From: a virus
Virus record (IMG/VR): IMGVR_UViG_3300043399_000524
Coordinates: 75,308-139,307 of that record
Strand: one strand, 5' to 3'
Length of the DNA: 64,000 bases
Shown here piece by piece: positions 20,564 through 29,512 of this stretch. Position numbers and translations under genes: made by a program. Under the pieces are notes generated by a model. It was not told the origin of the DNA, did no database searches, and saw nothing but the letters and a program-made list of their open reading frames with translations. Numbering within the stretch: position 1 is the first letter of the stretch; each line of letters begins with the position of its first letter.

Positions 20564-21010
20564 ATGGGTAACTGGGCACAAGGGACATTTGCTCCCAAGA
20601 ATCCTGAAAAGTATGTAGGCAAACATGCTCCAAGATATCGTAGTGGCTGGGAACTAAGAGTAATGATGTTTTTAGATGAAAATAAACACATCAATCATTG
20701 GGCTAGTGAAGCGATATCCATTCCTTATAGAAACCCATTAACCGGGAAACTCTCAAGGTACGTACCTGATTTTTTTGTAGTATACGAAAATAAATTTCAC
20801 CAGATGAAGGCAGAAATTATTGAGGTTAAACCAAAAAGTCAAACTTCATTAAAAGAAGCAAGAACAAGACAAGATCAAGCACATGCTATAGTAAACCAGG
20901 CTAAATTTATGGCTGCAATGGCTTATTGCAAACAACATGGTTATGTTTTTAGAGTTATAAGCGAGGATTCTATTTTTATGAATACCAAAAGTAATCCTAA
21001 AAAGAGATAA
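20564..21010 (+). CDS. Head completion nuclease (T4 gp4-like, TnsA-N fold)
   Basis: PKNPEKYVG...YRSGWE..VM.FLD....WASE...IPY.NP......YVPDF...IEVKP..QT. Confidence 0.85.
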   Translation: MGNWAQGTFAPKNPEKYVGKHAPRYRSGWELRVMMFLDENKHINHWASEAISIPYRNPLTGKLSRYVPDFFVVYENKFHQMKAEIIEVKPKSQTSLKEARTRQDQAHAIVNQAKFMAAMAYCKQHGYVFRVISEDSIFMNTKSNPKKR

Positions 21011-21077
21011 ATAAAAGTGTAGTTCGCGGAATGGGGATTCCCAACTACTCTAACGCTACAAGGAGCAATCAGCAATG
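21006..21077 (+). ncRNA. Conserved structured endonuclease leader, copy 1
   Basis: GATAAATAAAAGT GTAGTT CGC GGAAT GGGG ATTCC C AACTAC TCTAA CGCT ACAAGG AGCA ATCAGCA ATG; related copies at 55203, 58007, 60633. Confidence 0.75.
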
Positions 21078-21818
21078 ATATTTATCAATAACCGCTATAC
21101 AGCAATCTATTATAGAATAATTGAAAATTCAATTCAACAAGAATCTACAAAGGATGGTAAAGAACGCCATCATATAATACCTGAGTCATTTTTTATTAAT
21201 AGGTCACGTCCGGGCCCGAAAGGTTGGCTAACCGGTAATCCCGAAGATTGTTCTAATATAGTATTTTTAACTCCACGTGAACATGCTTTTTGTCATAAAT
21301 TACTAGTACGAATGACAATAGGAAAAATGAAATCTAAAATGATTCTAGCAATTTGGCGAATGTTGAATAGTAAACACACAAAGTTGTTTTCTTCAAAAGA
21401 TTATGAAAAGTATAGATTATTGTTCATTGATGCAATCAAAGTTATGAATACCGGGAAAAGAAAACCTTTAAGCAACGAACATAAATCAAATATATCAAAA
21501 TCATCTAAAGGGACTCCTAAGACTGATCTCGCAAAAAACAACATGAAATTAGCATGGACGTCAAGGGATAGAACAGTAAAACAATCTACTAGGGAACTTA
21601 ACAGAATTGCTAGTAATAGATATTGGTCTTCTGATGAGGCGAGAAAAGTCCAGTCTGAAAAAAGAAAACAATTTATCCACTCAAATCCTTCCATAATAGA
21701 TGACCAAATAAAAAATCTTAACAAATTAAGTAAGTGTGAACATTGTGATAAAACTATGAATCTTGGAAACTATAAAAGATGGCACGGACCCAAATGTAAA
21801 CTAAATAAACTACTATGA
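21075..21818 (+). CDS. Free-standing HNH homing endonuclease
   Basis: ERHHIIP...N..NIVFLTPREHAFCHKLL; NUMOD3-like basic region; C-terminal CEHC...NYKRWHGPKCK. Confidence 0.8.
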   Translation: MIFINNRYTAIYYRIIENSIQQESTKDGKERHHIIPESFFINRSRPGPKGWLTGNPEDCSNIVFLTPREHAFCHKLLVRMTIGKMKSKMILAIWRMLNSKHTKLFSSKDYEKYRLLFIDAIKVMNTGKRKPLSNEHKSNISKSSKGTPKTDLAKNNMKLAWTSRDRTVKQSTRELNRIASNRYWSSDEARKVQSEKRKQFIHSNPSIIDDQIKNLNKLSKCEHCDKTMNLGNYKRWHGPKCKLNKLL

Positions 21819-22300
21819 CAAAAAAATTGCAGGAATTATTTGAATTACCAGAAGATGACCTAAAAGAGGTAAATGAATCTTTAATCGAAAAAGCTGAGGC
21901 TGATTTAATCACTGAAGAAGCATATAATACCATAGACAAAATAGAAAAAGCACTACCGCAAGTTAAAGGATTAGAAGCTAGTGACGGTGAAATGGACGAG
22001 TTAGCGCAACTTGCAACAAGTAGCTATAAAGACTTGATGGATTTGGGAATGCAAGTTGATAGTCGTTTTGCTAGCGAAATCTTCAATAGTGCGAGTTCTA
22101 TGCTAGGACATGCTATCACGGCAAAGACAGCAAAAATTAATAAGAAGTTGAAGATGCTAGACTTGCAGTTAAAAAAAGCACAACTAGACCAAAAAATTGC
22201 CGGAAAAACGGAAGAAATTGAAGCAACCCCATTGGGTGAGGGTAAGAGTTTGGATCGAAATGAACTACTTAAAATGCTAGCTGCTAAAAAAGACGAATAA
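21815..22300 (+). CDS. Helical protein, possibly terminase small subunit
   Basis: 161-aa coiled-coil; position among head genes; resemblance to gp16-like helix pattern is weak. Confidence 0.35.
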   Translation: MTKKLQELFELPEDDLKEVNESLIEKAEADLITEEAYNTIDKIEKALPQVKGLEASDGEMDELAQLATSSYKDLMDLGMQVDSRFASEIFNSASSMLGHAITAKTAKINKKLKMLDLQLKKAQLDQKIAGKTEEIEATPLGEGKSLDRNELLKMLAAKKDE

Positions 22301-22328
22301 AGATAAATACTGAATATAGGAATAACAA

Positions 22329-22958
22329 ATGAAAAGCCTAAAACAATATATTGTAGAAAGTGTTCACACATACAATTACACGATTAAAATTGCCGGTAAT
22401 GTAGACAAAAACTGGCTAGATATGTTCAAGTACAACTTGAAGAAATTTGATCCTGTAAAGATTGATGAACCAAAGACTACACCTATTCAGAAAGATCCAT
22501 ACGGATTTCCCAACATACACAACCAACCTGTTACTATCATTAAAGCAGAATTTCGTTACCCAGCTAACGAACCCATGATTCAACAAATTGCTCAATTGTT
22601 AGGTTATCAAGTTGATATGGTTCGTGTAATTGGATCAGACTATGACGATAGCATCAACAGCGAAGCAGAAGGCTATGCTAATGAAATGAGTCATAATCCA
22701 TTATTGCTACATCCTGAACTAGAAGAACAACCTGGTGCTAAGGAAGCAAATAAGAATTATTCTGATAGCTATTTAAGCTCTATCAAAGACCAAGCTAAAG
22801 ACAGTAAAATTGACATTCCATATGCAGGTACAAAGACTCCTGATGCATTTGATCCATTCAAACCTTATTTGGCAAATGATCCAAGAGGAATGAAGAGCCC
22901 AATGTCAACAATTAAACGTCCACCAAAGCCTGCAACAGGTGCAAGCGCATCAAAATAA
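22329..22958 (+). CDS. Putative head protein with capsid-targeting-like N-terminus
   Basis: MKSLKQYIVE start; late box GATAAATA at 22302. Confidence 0.5.
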   Translation: MKSLKQYIVESVHTYNYTIKIAGNVDKNWLDMFKYNLKKFDPVKIDEPKTTPIQKDPYGFPNIHNQPVTIIKAEFRYPANEPMIQQIAQLLGYQVDMVRVIGSDYDDSINSEAEGYANEMSHNPLLLHPELEEQPGAKEANKNYSDSYLSSIKDQAKDSKIDIPYAGTKTPDAFDPFKPYLANDPRGMKSPMSTIKRPPKPATGASASK

Positions 22959-22970
22959 GAGGAATTAAAA

Positions 22971-25235
22971 ATGAACTTCAAAGATATGTTAGAAAAGATT
23001 AGTCTACTAAGTGAAGCTACTAAAGAAACGCCAACGGGTAAAGTACACAAGGCTGAGCCAGGTGGATATGGTCGTAAATATGATACCGATGAAGAAGGTG
23101 ATGAAAAAAAAGCAGCCAAGGCAGATGCACCTAAGCGTGGACGCGGCCGCCCCAAGAAAGGCGCTGATGATGCAGGTGAAGTAAAAACATACGATACAAA
23201 AACATTGGGTGGTGTATTTGGTGGTGGAAAGAAACCCAAAAAAGAAGTAGGTAAAGTTTCTAAAAAGCATAGTTTAAAAGAATATTTTGATTCATTAGAT
23301 TCTGCACTTAATGAGATGCAAACGCAACAACCTATTCCGGTTGTTAGTAAACAGGGCGCTACACAATCAACCGGTGCAGGTTTTATTCATATCGATGATA
23401 CCAGCCCTGCAGGCAAAGCAATGAGCGATGCTTTAGGAAAATTGGCACAACAAAAGAAAGCACAGATTGTTGTTCCTACGGCACAACAAGCTACACAACA
23501 AAAGCCCACGGCTACTGCAGGCGGTGCAACAAATCAACCTGCCATGTCTGAAAAGTGGGAAGGTGGCGCAGAAGTTGAGAAGACCGGTGAGTATGCAGGT
23601 AAAACAACTGCTGAATTAAAATCTATGTTAGCTAAACTACATAAGAGTGGTCCTCACAAGCGAGGAAGTCCCGAAGAAAAGAAAATGCATCAAATCAATT
23701 TTGCACTACGAGCAAAGGGTGGTTGGAAAAAAGGTGAAGGTGCGGCATCTAGAGAAGATATGGCAGAAGCAGACATGCCACCGCAGGATTCAATGGCAAG
23801 TCCATTAACACTAGAAGGAAAAGGTTCTAAACCTGATTTCTTAGATTTAGACAAAGACGGCAACAAAAAAGAATCAATGAAGAAGGCCGCAAAAGACAAA
23901 AAGAAAGTTGATGAAGGTATGGAACATAAACTAAAGGCGGCACGCCATGCAGGCAAGGCACATGCTTTAGCTAAAGAGGGTTACAACTGCCGTTACGATG
24001 ACATGGAAGAAGCAAGACACTATCACGAAGGCTATAAAGAAGGCTTGGATGAGTGCTATGGACAAATGCCAATTCAAGGTTATGTAGGTGAAACAACTCC
24101 ACCTGCAACAGTTCCTGGTATGGCTAATCAAGCGGAACACGACGATGTAGAAGAAGGAAATGCTTTTACAGCAGCACTAGCTAAAACACCAAAAGGTGGT
24201 AAGTTCAGTGTAGGCGGTAAGACATTTACAGACAGAACAAACTATGATGCCAAAGTAACAGAAAGCCCATTTGCATTCGAAGCATGGGATAACCAATTAT
24301 CTGCTTTACTTGAAGGTAAAGAAGAAGTTGCCGAAGGCATGACTGTTTCTATCAGCAAGGGTCAACAAGGCATGCCCGACTCTGTTTCAGTAACAGCGCA
24401 AGACCAAGAAGCTGACCAACTATTAGGTCTAATCAAACAAGCAGGTTTGGGTCTATTTGGTGGTGACGAGGCACAACCAACAGCTTCTAGTCCAATGTCT
24501 CTACAACCAGCAGACGGGGAACATGGCGCTGAAGAAATTGGCGTTGTTGGTGACCATGATGGTATGATGGATTTAATAAAGAAGGTTACTGGTGCTTCGG
24601 TTGGTCCACAAGGCGGCGAAATCTCTGCTGACCACGATGCCGACTACGAAGAAGAAGGTGGTGAAACTCATGACCATGAGCACACTGATGAAGAAACATG
24701 CAACGAATGTGGTATGTACGAGTCAAAATGCGAGTGTGACCATGAAAAAGTTGATGAAGTTGAGTCAGAAGATCAAATGACTTATCAAGTTGCAGAAGAT
24801 AATCCTCCTGACAGTGGTGCAGAAGAATTTCAAGCAATGGATCAAGAAATAGCACAAGATAATGCAGCAGCTAGTTCACATGGTGGTGCACAAAATTCTA
24901 ACTTAGAAGAAGAATCTGAGGAAGAAGAAGACGACCATGCAGAAGAAGCCGGTGAAAAAGTTACTAAAGACATTGAATACGATGACAAGAAAGACAAGAA
25001 ACTTGACGAATGGGCTAACGAAGCAGGTAAAAAAGGTACAGATACTACATTTGAGCAAGACATTGATTACATGATGAATGTAATCACAGGTGGTTTGAAC
25101 AAGCGTAAAGTTACTGGTCAGACAACTATCCCTGTTATCGCAAGTCAAACAAACAGACAAGTTTCTCACAATACTACTGATATAAACGAATCAACAGATG
25201 ATGTTGCAGCATGGAAAAAACTAGCAGGTATTTAA
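22971..25235 (+). CDS. Acidic/basic prohead core or internal head polyprotein
   Basis: E/D/K-rich with many xxE sites; AT-hook KRGRGRPKK; EF-hand-like DLDKDGNKKE; His/Cys patch; ends WKKLAGI. Confidence 0.55.
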   Translation: MNFKDMLEKISLLSEATKETPTGKVHKAEPGGYGRKYDTDEEGDEKKAAKADAPKRGRGRPKKGADDAGEVKTYDTKTLGGVFGGGKKPKKEVGKVSKKHSLKEYFDSLDSALNEMQTQQPIPVVSKQGATQSTGAGFIHIDDTSPAGKAMSDALGKLAQQKKAQIVVPTAQQATQQKPTATAGGATNQPAMSEKWEGGAEVEKTGEYAGKTTAELKSMLAKLHKSGPHKRGSPEEKKMHQINFALRAKGGWKKGEGAASREDMAEADMPPQDSMASPLTLEGKGSKPDFLDLDKDGNKKESMKKAAKDKKKVDEGMEHKLKAARHAGKAHALAKEGYNCRYDDMEEARHYHEGYKEGLDECYGQMPIQGYVGETTPPATVPGMANQAEHDDVEEGNAFTAALAKTPKGGKFSVGGKTFTDRTNYDAKVTESPFAFEAWDNQLSALLEGKEEVAEGMTVSISKGQQGMPDSVSVTAQDQEADQLLGLIKQAGLGLFGGDEAQPTASSPMSLQPADGEHGAEEIGVVGDHDGMMDLIKKVTGASVGPQGGEISADHDADYEEEGGETHDHEHTDEETCNECGMYESKCECDHEKVDEVESEDQMTYQVAEDNPPDSGAEEFQAMDQEIAQDNAAASSHGGAQNSNLEEESEEEEDDHAEEAGEKVTKDIEYDDKKDKKLDEWANEAGKKGTDTTFEQDIDYMMNVITGGLNKRKVTGQTTIPVIASQTNRQVSHNTTDINESTDDVAAWKKLAGI

Positions 25236-25248
25236 TTAAAACTTGTAC

Positions 25249-25278
25249 AAAATACCCGGCTTAGCCGGGTATTTTTTT
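25249..25278 (+). terminator. Intrinsic terminator
   Basis: AAAATACCCGGC-TTA-GCCGGGTATTTTTTT. Confidence 0.9.
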
Positions 25279-25330
25279 GGGTACGACACTTTATGAAAAA
25301 ACGATAAATACTTAATAAGGTGATTTAAAA

Positions 25331-28300
25331 ATGGCACAACAGAACATTGACTTTGGTTCATTTCCAGACGATCCGTCAGCAGATGCAATAAGAACTGCGT
25401 TTTCGAAAGTACAAAATAATTTTACACAATTGTTTGATGCAACATCCGGCGCGGCAGTTACATCGGTTAACAGAAGCCCGGGAGCAGGTATAACAGTTAA
25501 TTATCCAACTGGAAACGTAGTAGTATCTGCAAATATCGCTAATATCACAGTATCATCGCCCAACTTACTATTTGGTACTAGCTTGGGTGTTTTAGCCAGT
25601 TCTTTAATATATACATCATCTACTCAAACATTATACATTGTTGTACCCAACACCTTTAGTGTAGGTAATATAGTCGCTTCAGGTAATATTAGCGTAGGAA
25701 ATACTCTCACCGTTTCAAAATCTTCCAATTTAGGTAACACTGCAACTGCCAACTATTTTATAGGTTCTGGTAATAACTTATCTAATATACAAGGGGCAAA
25801 TATTTCTGGCCCAGTAGGCAGCGCTGTCACTGCACAAACAGTAACCTCAAATGCTCAACCAAATATCACATCAACAGGTACATTAATATCAGTATCTGTA
25901 TCAGGTAATGCTAACATTGGAAACATTGGTACTGTTGGAATAATTACTGCTACTGGTAATATCACGGGTGGCAATTTAATAACAGGTGGTAGTCTATCAG
26001 TTACTGGTAATTCCAACGTAGGTAATATAGGTGCAACATTATTTGTAGGTGATTTATCTAGTACCGGAAACAGTAATGTAGGTAATATAGGTGCAACATT
26101 ATTTGTAGGTGATTTATCTAGCACCGGAAACAGTAATGTAGGTAATATAGGTGCAACAGGTGTATATGCTACTACAGTAAGTGCTACAGGTAATGTAACT
26201 GCAGGTAATATTATTACTACGGGTTCAATCACAGGTTCAGGTGGTAATATATCTGGAGCTAATTATGTAATTGCTAACTATTTTAGTGGAAGTGGTAATA
26301 ATCTAAGTAATATTCAAGCATCAAATATCACCGGTACAATCGCAAATGCAAACTATTCCTTATATGCAGGTACAGTTCTAACAAATTCTCAACCAAATAT
26401 AACTAGCGTTGGTACATTAACATCATTATCAGTTTCAGGTAATGCCAATATTGGTAATGTAGGGGCAACCTTATTTGTAGGTAACTTGACTGGTACTGGG
26501 AACAGTAATGTTGGTAATTTAGATGTGATCGGAGTATATGCGGTCACACTAAGTGCTACAGGAAACGCCAATGTAGGCAACATAGGTGCAACATATTTAA
26601 TCGGCAATTTATTCAGTGTCGGGGATAGTAATGCTAACAATCTAGCTGCTAGCGGGTTTATTTCAGCGAATGGTAATATCACCGGTGGTAATTTAATAAC
26701 AAGCGGTAATTTATCTGTTACAGGAAATGCTAATATTGGTAATGTTGGTGCAACATTATTTGTAGGTAATTTGAGTGGTACTGGAAACAGTAATGTAGGT
26801 AATATAGGTGCTACCGGTGTATATACTACCACGTTAAGTGCTACGGGTAATGTAACTGCAGGTAATATTGATATCACAGGTTCAATCACAGGTTCAGGTG
26901 GTAATATATCTGGTGCTAATTATGTAATTGCTAACTATTTTAGTGGAAGTGGTAATAATCTAAGCAATATCCAAGCATCAAACATAACAGGCGTTATCGC
27001 AAACGCAAATTATTCTTTATATGCAGGTACCGTCATTACTGCCTCGCAACCAAATATCACTAGTGTAGGTACATTAACATCATTGTCAGTTTCAGGTAAT
27101 GCCAATATTAGTAATATTGTAGGTGGCAATCTAGTAACAAGTGGTTTGATTACTACTACTGGTAATATCAATGGTGGAAATTTATCAATAACAGGAAATA
27201 CAAATTTAAATAATTTATCAGTATCTGGTAATCTGACTGCCGGAAGTATTATTATTGATAGCATTGTTAATGGAACCAGTAATGTTGATATTACAAATCC
27301 TAACGGTAACATTACGATGGGTGTCAGTGGTATTCCTAATATATTTACAGCTACTAGCACCGGTATTGTTATAACAGGAACATTAACTGCTAGTGGCAAC
27401 AGCAATGTAGCTAATTTAGAGGCTACCGGTTCAATTACCGGTGCTAATGTTATTGGTGGTAATTTAATATCAACTGGTATTTTATCGGTTACAGGAAATG
27501 CTAATATTGGTAATGTCAGTGCAACATTATTTGTTGGTAATTTATCAAGTACTGGTAATAGTAACATAGGTAATTTAAGTGCTAGTGGATACATAACTGC
27601 CTTTGGTAATATTTCCGGTGGTAACTTAATAACAAGCGGTAACTTATCTGTTACTGGCAATAGTAACATAGGTAACATAAATGCTACTCAAATTAATGCT
27701 ACAGCAAATATTACTGCACCGCAATTAATTTCAAATGTAACTACTGGCACTCCTCCCTTAATAGTCACATCAACAACTCAAGTTGCTAACTTAAATGTTG
27801 CAACTGCAGGAGCAGCTACGACAGCTGGCACAGTTACAACAGCCGCACAACCTAATATAACTAGTTTAGGTACCCTAACTGAGTTAACAAGTACAGGAAA
27901 TATTAATTTTAATGGTGCTTCAAACATATCCTTAGCAAATGCCAATGTACTACGAATAGGTGGCGGCAGCCTAAACACAGTATTGATAAGTGATGGTACG
28001 GGTGGAGTAAATTGGGGATCATACTCAGGTTTACCGATTGGTGGATCCAATACTCAAATTCAATTTAATGATGTCGGACTTTTCCAAGGCTCTGCAAATC
28101 TCACATTTAATAAAACAACAAACACATTATCTGCAACAAACATTACATCTAGTACTTTAAGTGCTACCGGAAATGCCAATGTAGGTAATTTGGGTAGTAT
28201 AGGTACTATTATTGCTCAAGGAAATATAAATGCCGGCAACTTAGGAACCGGTGGTTCACTAACAGTCACAGGAACGGCAAATGTAGGTAATTTAAACTCA

Positions 28301-28891
28301 TTGGGATCGTTGTCCGTCGCCGGTATAAGTAACCTTGGTGTAGTAGGAAACGTATACATCTCAGGTGGTGTTAATGGATATGTGTTGAGCACTGATGGGT
28401 CTGGTAACTTAAGTTGGGTAGCACAATCCGGTGGCGCATCAATTACAGTAACTAACGATACTACTACAAACAGTGATTTATTTTATCCCTCTTTGGCAAC
28501 AGCAACATCAGGTAATTTAACTGGGGTCACAGTTTCAAGTACAAATATGTATTTCAATCCCTTTACAGGACAACTAAACGCTGTTAACTTTAATTCATTA
28601 TCAGACGAGAATAGAAAAGCAAATATTACAATTATCACTGATTCACTAAACAAAATAATGGAATTAAAGGGAGTTACTTTTAATTTTATTGACAGCAATG
28701 AACCTAGCGCAGGCCTGTTAGCGCAGGACATTCAAAAAGTATTACCGGAAGCTGTTAAATACACAAAAGAAACGGATACACTAAGCGTTAACTACAACGG
28801 AGTAATAGGAATGTTAGTCGAGGCAGTAAAAGAATTAGTATCTAAAGTTAATATCCTTGAAACTAGATTGAAGGAGAATGGAATACAATGA
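25331..28891 (+). CDS. Long tail fibre protein with C-terminal peptidase S74-like chaperone
   Basis: G/N/T beta repeats; C-terminal SDENRKANI...L.KI..LKGVTF...AGLLAQDIQKVLPEAV. Confidence 0.85.
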   Translation: MAQQNIDFGSFPDDPSADAIRTAFSKVQNNFTQLFDATSGAAVTSVNRSPGAGITVNYPTGNVVVSANIANITVSSPNLLFGTSLGVLASSLIYTSSTQTLYIVVPNTFSVGNIVASGNISVGNTLTVSKSSNLGNTATANYFIGSGNNLSNIQGANISGPVGSAVTAQTVTSNAQPNITSTGTLISVSVSGNANIGNIGTVGIITATGNITGGNLITGGSLSVTGNSNVGNIGATLFVGDLSSTGNSNVGNIGATLFVGDLSSTGNSNVGNIGATGVYATTVSATGNVTAGNIITTGSITGSGGNISGANYVIANYFSGSGNNLSNIQASNITGTIANANYSLYAGTVLTNSQPNITSVGTLTSLSVSGNANIGNVGATLFVGNLTGTGNSNVGNLDVIGVYAVTLSATGNANVGNIGATYLIGNLFSVGDSNANNLAASGFISANGNITGGNLITSGNLSVTGNANIGNVGATLFVGNLSGTGNSNVGNIGATGVYTTTLSATGNVTAGNIDITGSITGSGGNISGANYVIANYFSGSGNNLSNIQASNITGVIANANYSLYAGTVITASQPNITSVGTLTSLSVSGNANISNIVGGNLVTSGLITTTGNINGGNLSITGNTNLNNLSVSGNLTAGSIIIDSIVNGTSNVDITNPNGNITMGVSGIPNIFTATSTGIVITGTLTASGNSNVANLEATGSITGANVIGGNLISTGILSVTGNANIGNVSATLFVGNLSSTGNSNIGNLSASGYITAFGNISGGNLITSGNLSVTGNSNIGNINATQINATANITAPQLISNVTTGTPPLIVTSTTQVANLNVATAGAATTAGTVTTAAQPNITSLGTLTELTSTGNINFNGASNISLANANVLRIGGGSLNTVLISDGTGGVNWGSYSGLPIGGSNTQIQFNDVGLFQGSANLTFNKTTNTLSATNITSSTLSATGNANVGNLGSIGTIIAQGNINAGNLGTGGSLTVTGTANVGNLNSLGSLSVAGISNLGVVGNVYISGGVNGYVLSTDGSGNLSWVAQSGGASITVTNDTTTNSDLFYPSLATATSGNLTGVTVSSTNMYFNPFTGQLNAVNFNSLSDENRKANITIITDSLNKIMELKGVTFNFIDSNEPSAGLLAQDIQKVLPEAVKYTKETDTLSVNYNGVIGMLVEAVKELVSKVNILETRLKENGIQ
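26018..26158 (+). repeat. 60-nt (20-aa) near-perfect tandem repeat
   Basis: Units at 26018, 26078, 26138; encode VGNIGATLFVGDLSSTGNSN. Confidence 0.9.
26126..27109 (+). repeat. ~325-nt internal duplication, copies 657 nt apart
   Basis: 26126-26452 vs 26783-27109, both encoding GNSNVGNIGATGVY...GGNISGANYVIANYFSGSGNNLSNIQASNITG...ANYSLYAGTV...QPNITSVGTLTSLSVSGNANI. Confidence 0.85.
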
Positions 28892-29511
28892 TTACACTAG
28901 AATTATTACAGGCAATGTGCCCTAAAACAAGAAAGTCAGTTTTAGAAGGTTATATTGAACCTCTTAATACTGTAGCAGAATATTATGACATGTTTGAAAA
29001 TCCAAAGCGTGTTGCGGGATTTTTAGCACAAATTGCACATGAGTCAGGTGGATTCAATGCTGTAGTTGAAAATTTAAATTATTCTGCTAAAGGTCTAATG
29101 ACCATATTTAAAAAATATTTTCCTACAGAAGAACTTGCAAAACAGTATGAACGTAAGCCTGAAAAGATTGCTAATCGTGTTTATGCTAATCGCATGAGTA
29201 ATGGTGATGAAGCAAGCGGAGATGGTTGGAAATTTAGAGGTCGTGGATTGATTCAATTGACAGGTAGAGCAAATTATACAAAGTTTGCACAAGATTTAGA
29301 CATGTCTATAGAAGATACAATAGCATATTTAGAAACACCTAACGGTGCTGTAGCAAGCGCAGGATGGTTTTGGGATAATAACAAATTGAATCAATTTTGT
29401 GATAGGGATGATTTTGTTACGTTGACAAAACGTATAAACGGTGGTACTATTGGTCTTGCCGATAGACAACATCATTATCATATAGCACTACAACATTTAG
29501 GCGCACATTAA
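28888..29511 (+). CDS. Glycoside hydrolase family 19 endolysin
   Basis: AGFLAQIAHESGGF..VENLNYS, GDGWKFRGRGLIQLTGRANY, SAGWFW, TKRINGG..GL.DR. Confidence 0.95.
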   Translation: MITLELLQAMCPKTRKSVLEGYIEPLNTVAEYYDMFENPKRVAGFLAQIAHESGGFNAVVENLNYSAKGLMTIFKKYFPTEELAKQYERKPEKIANRVYANRMSNGDEASGDGWKFRGRGLIQLTGRANYTKFAQDLDMSIEDTIAYLETPNGAVASAGWFWDNNKLNQFCDRDDFVTLTKRINGGTIGLADRQHHYHIALQHLGAH

Positions 29512-29512
29512 T

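Noticed and set aside
26126-27109. Fibre duplication as a DGR template/variable repeat pair
   Set aside because: Both copies are in frame within one gene, the differences are not adenine-specific, and no reverse transcriptase is present in the window
554-28731. Long antisense ORFs opposite fibre and structural genes (554-1297, 25855-26232, 26389-26889, 27010-27678 etc.)
   Set aside because: Shadow frames produced by the repetitive GGT/AAT/ACT codon bias of the sense genes; no RBS, promoter or domain motifs
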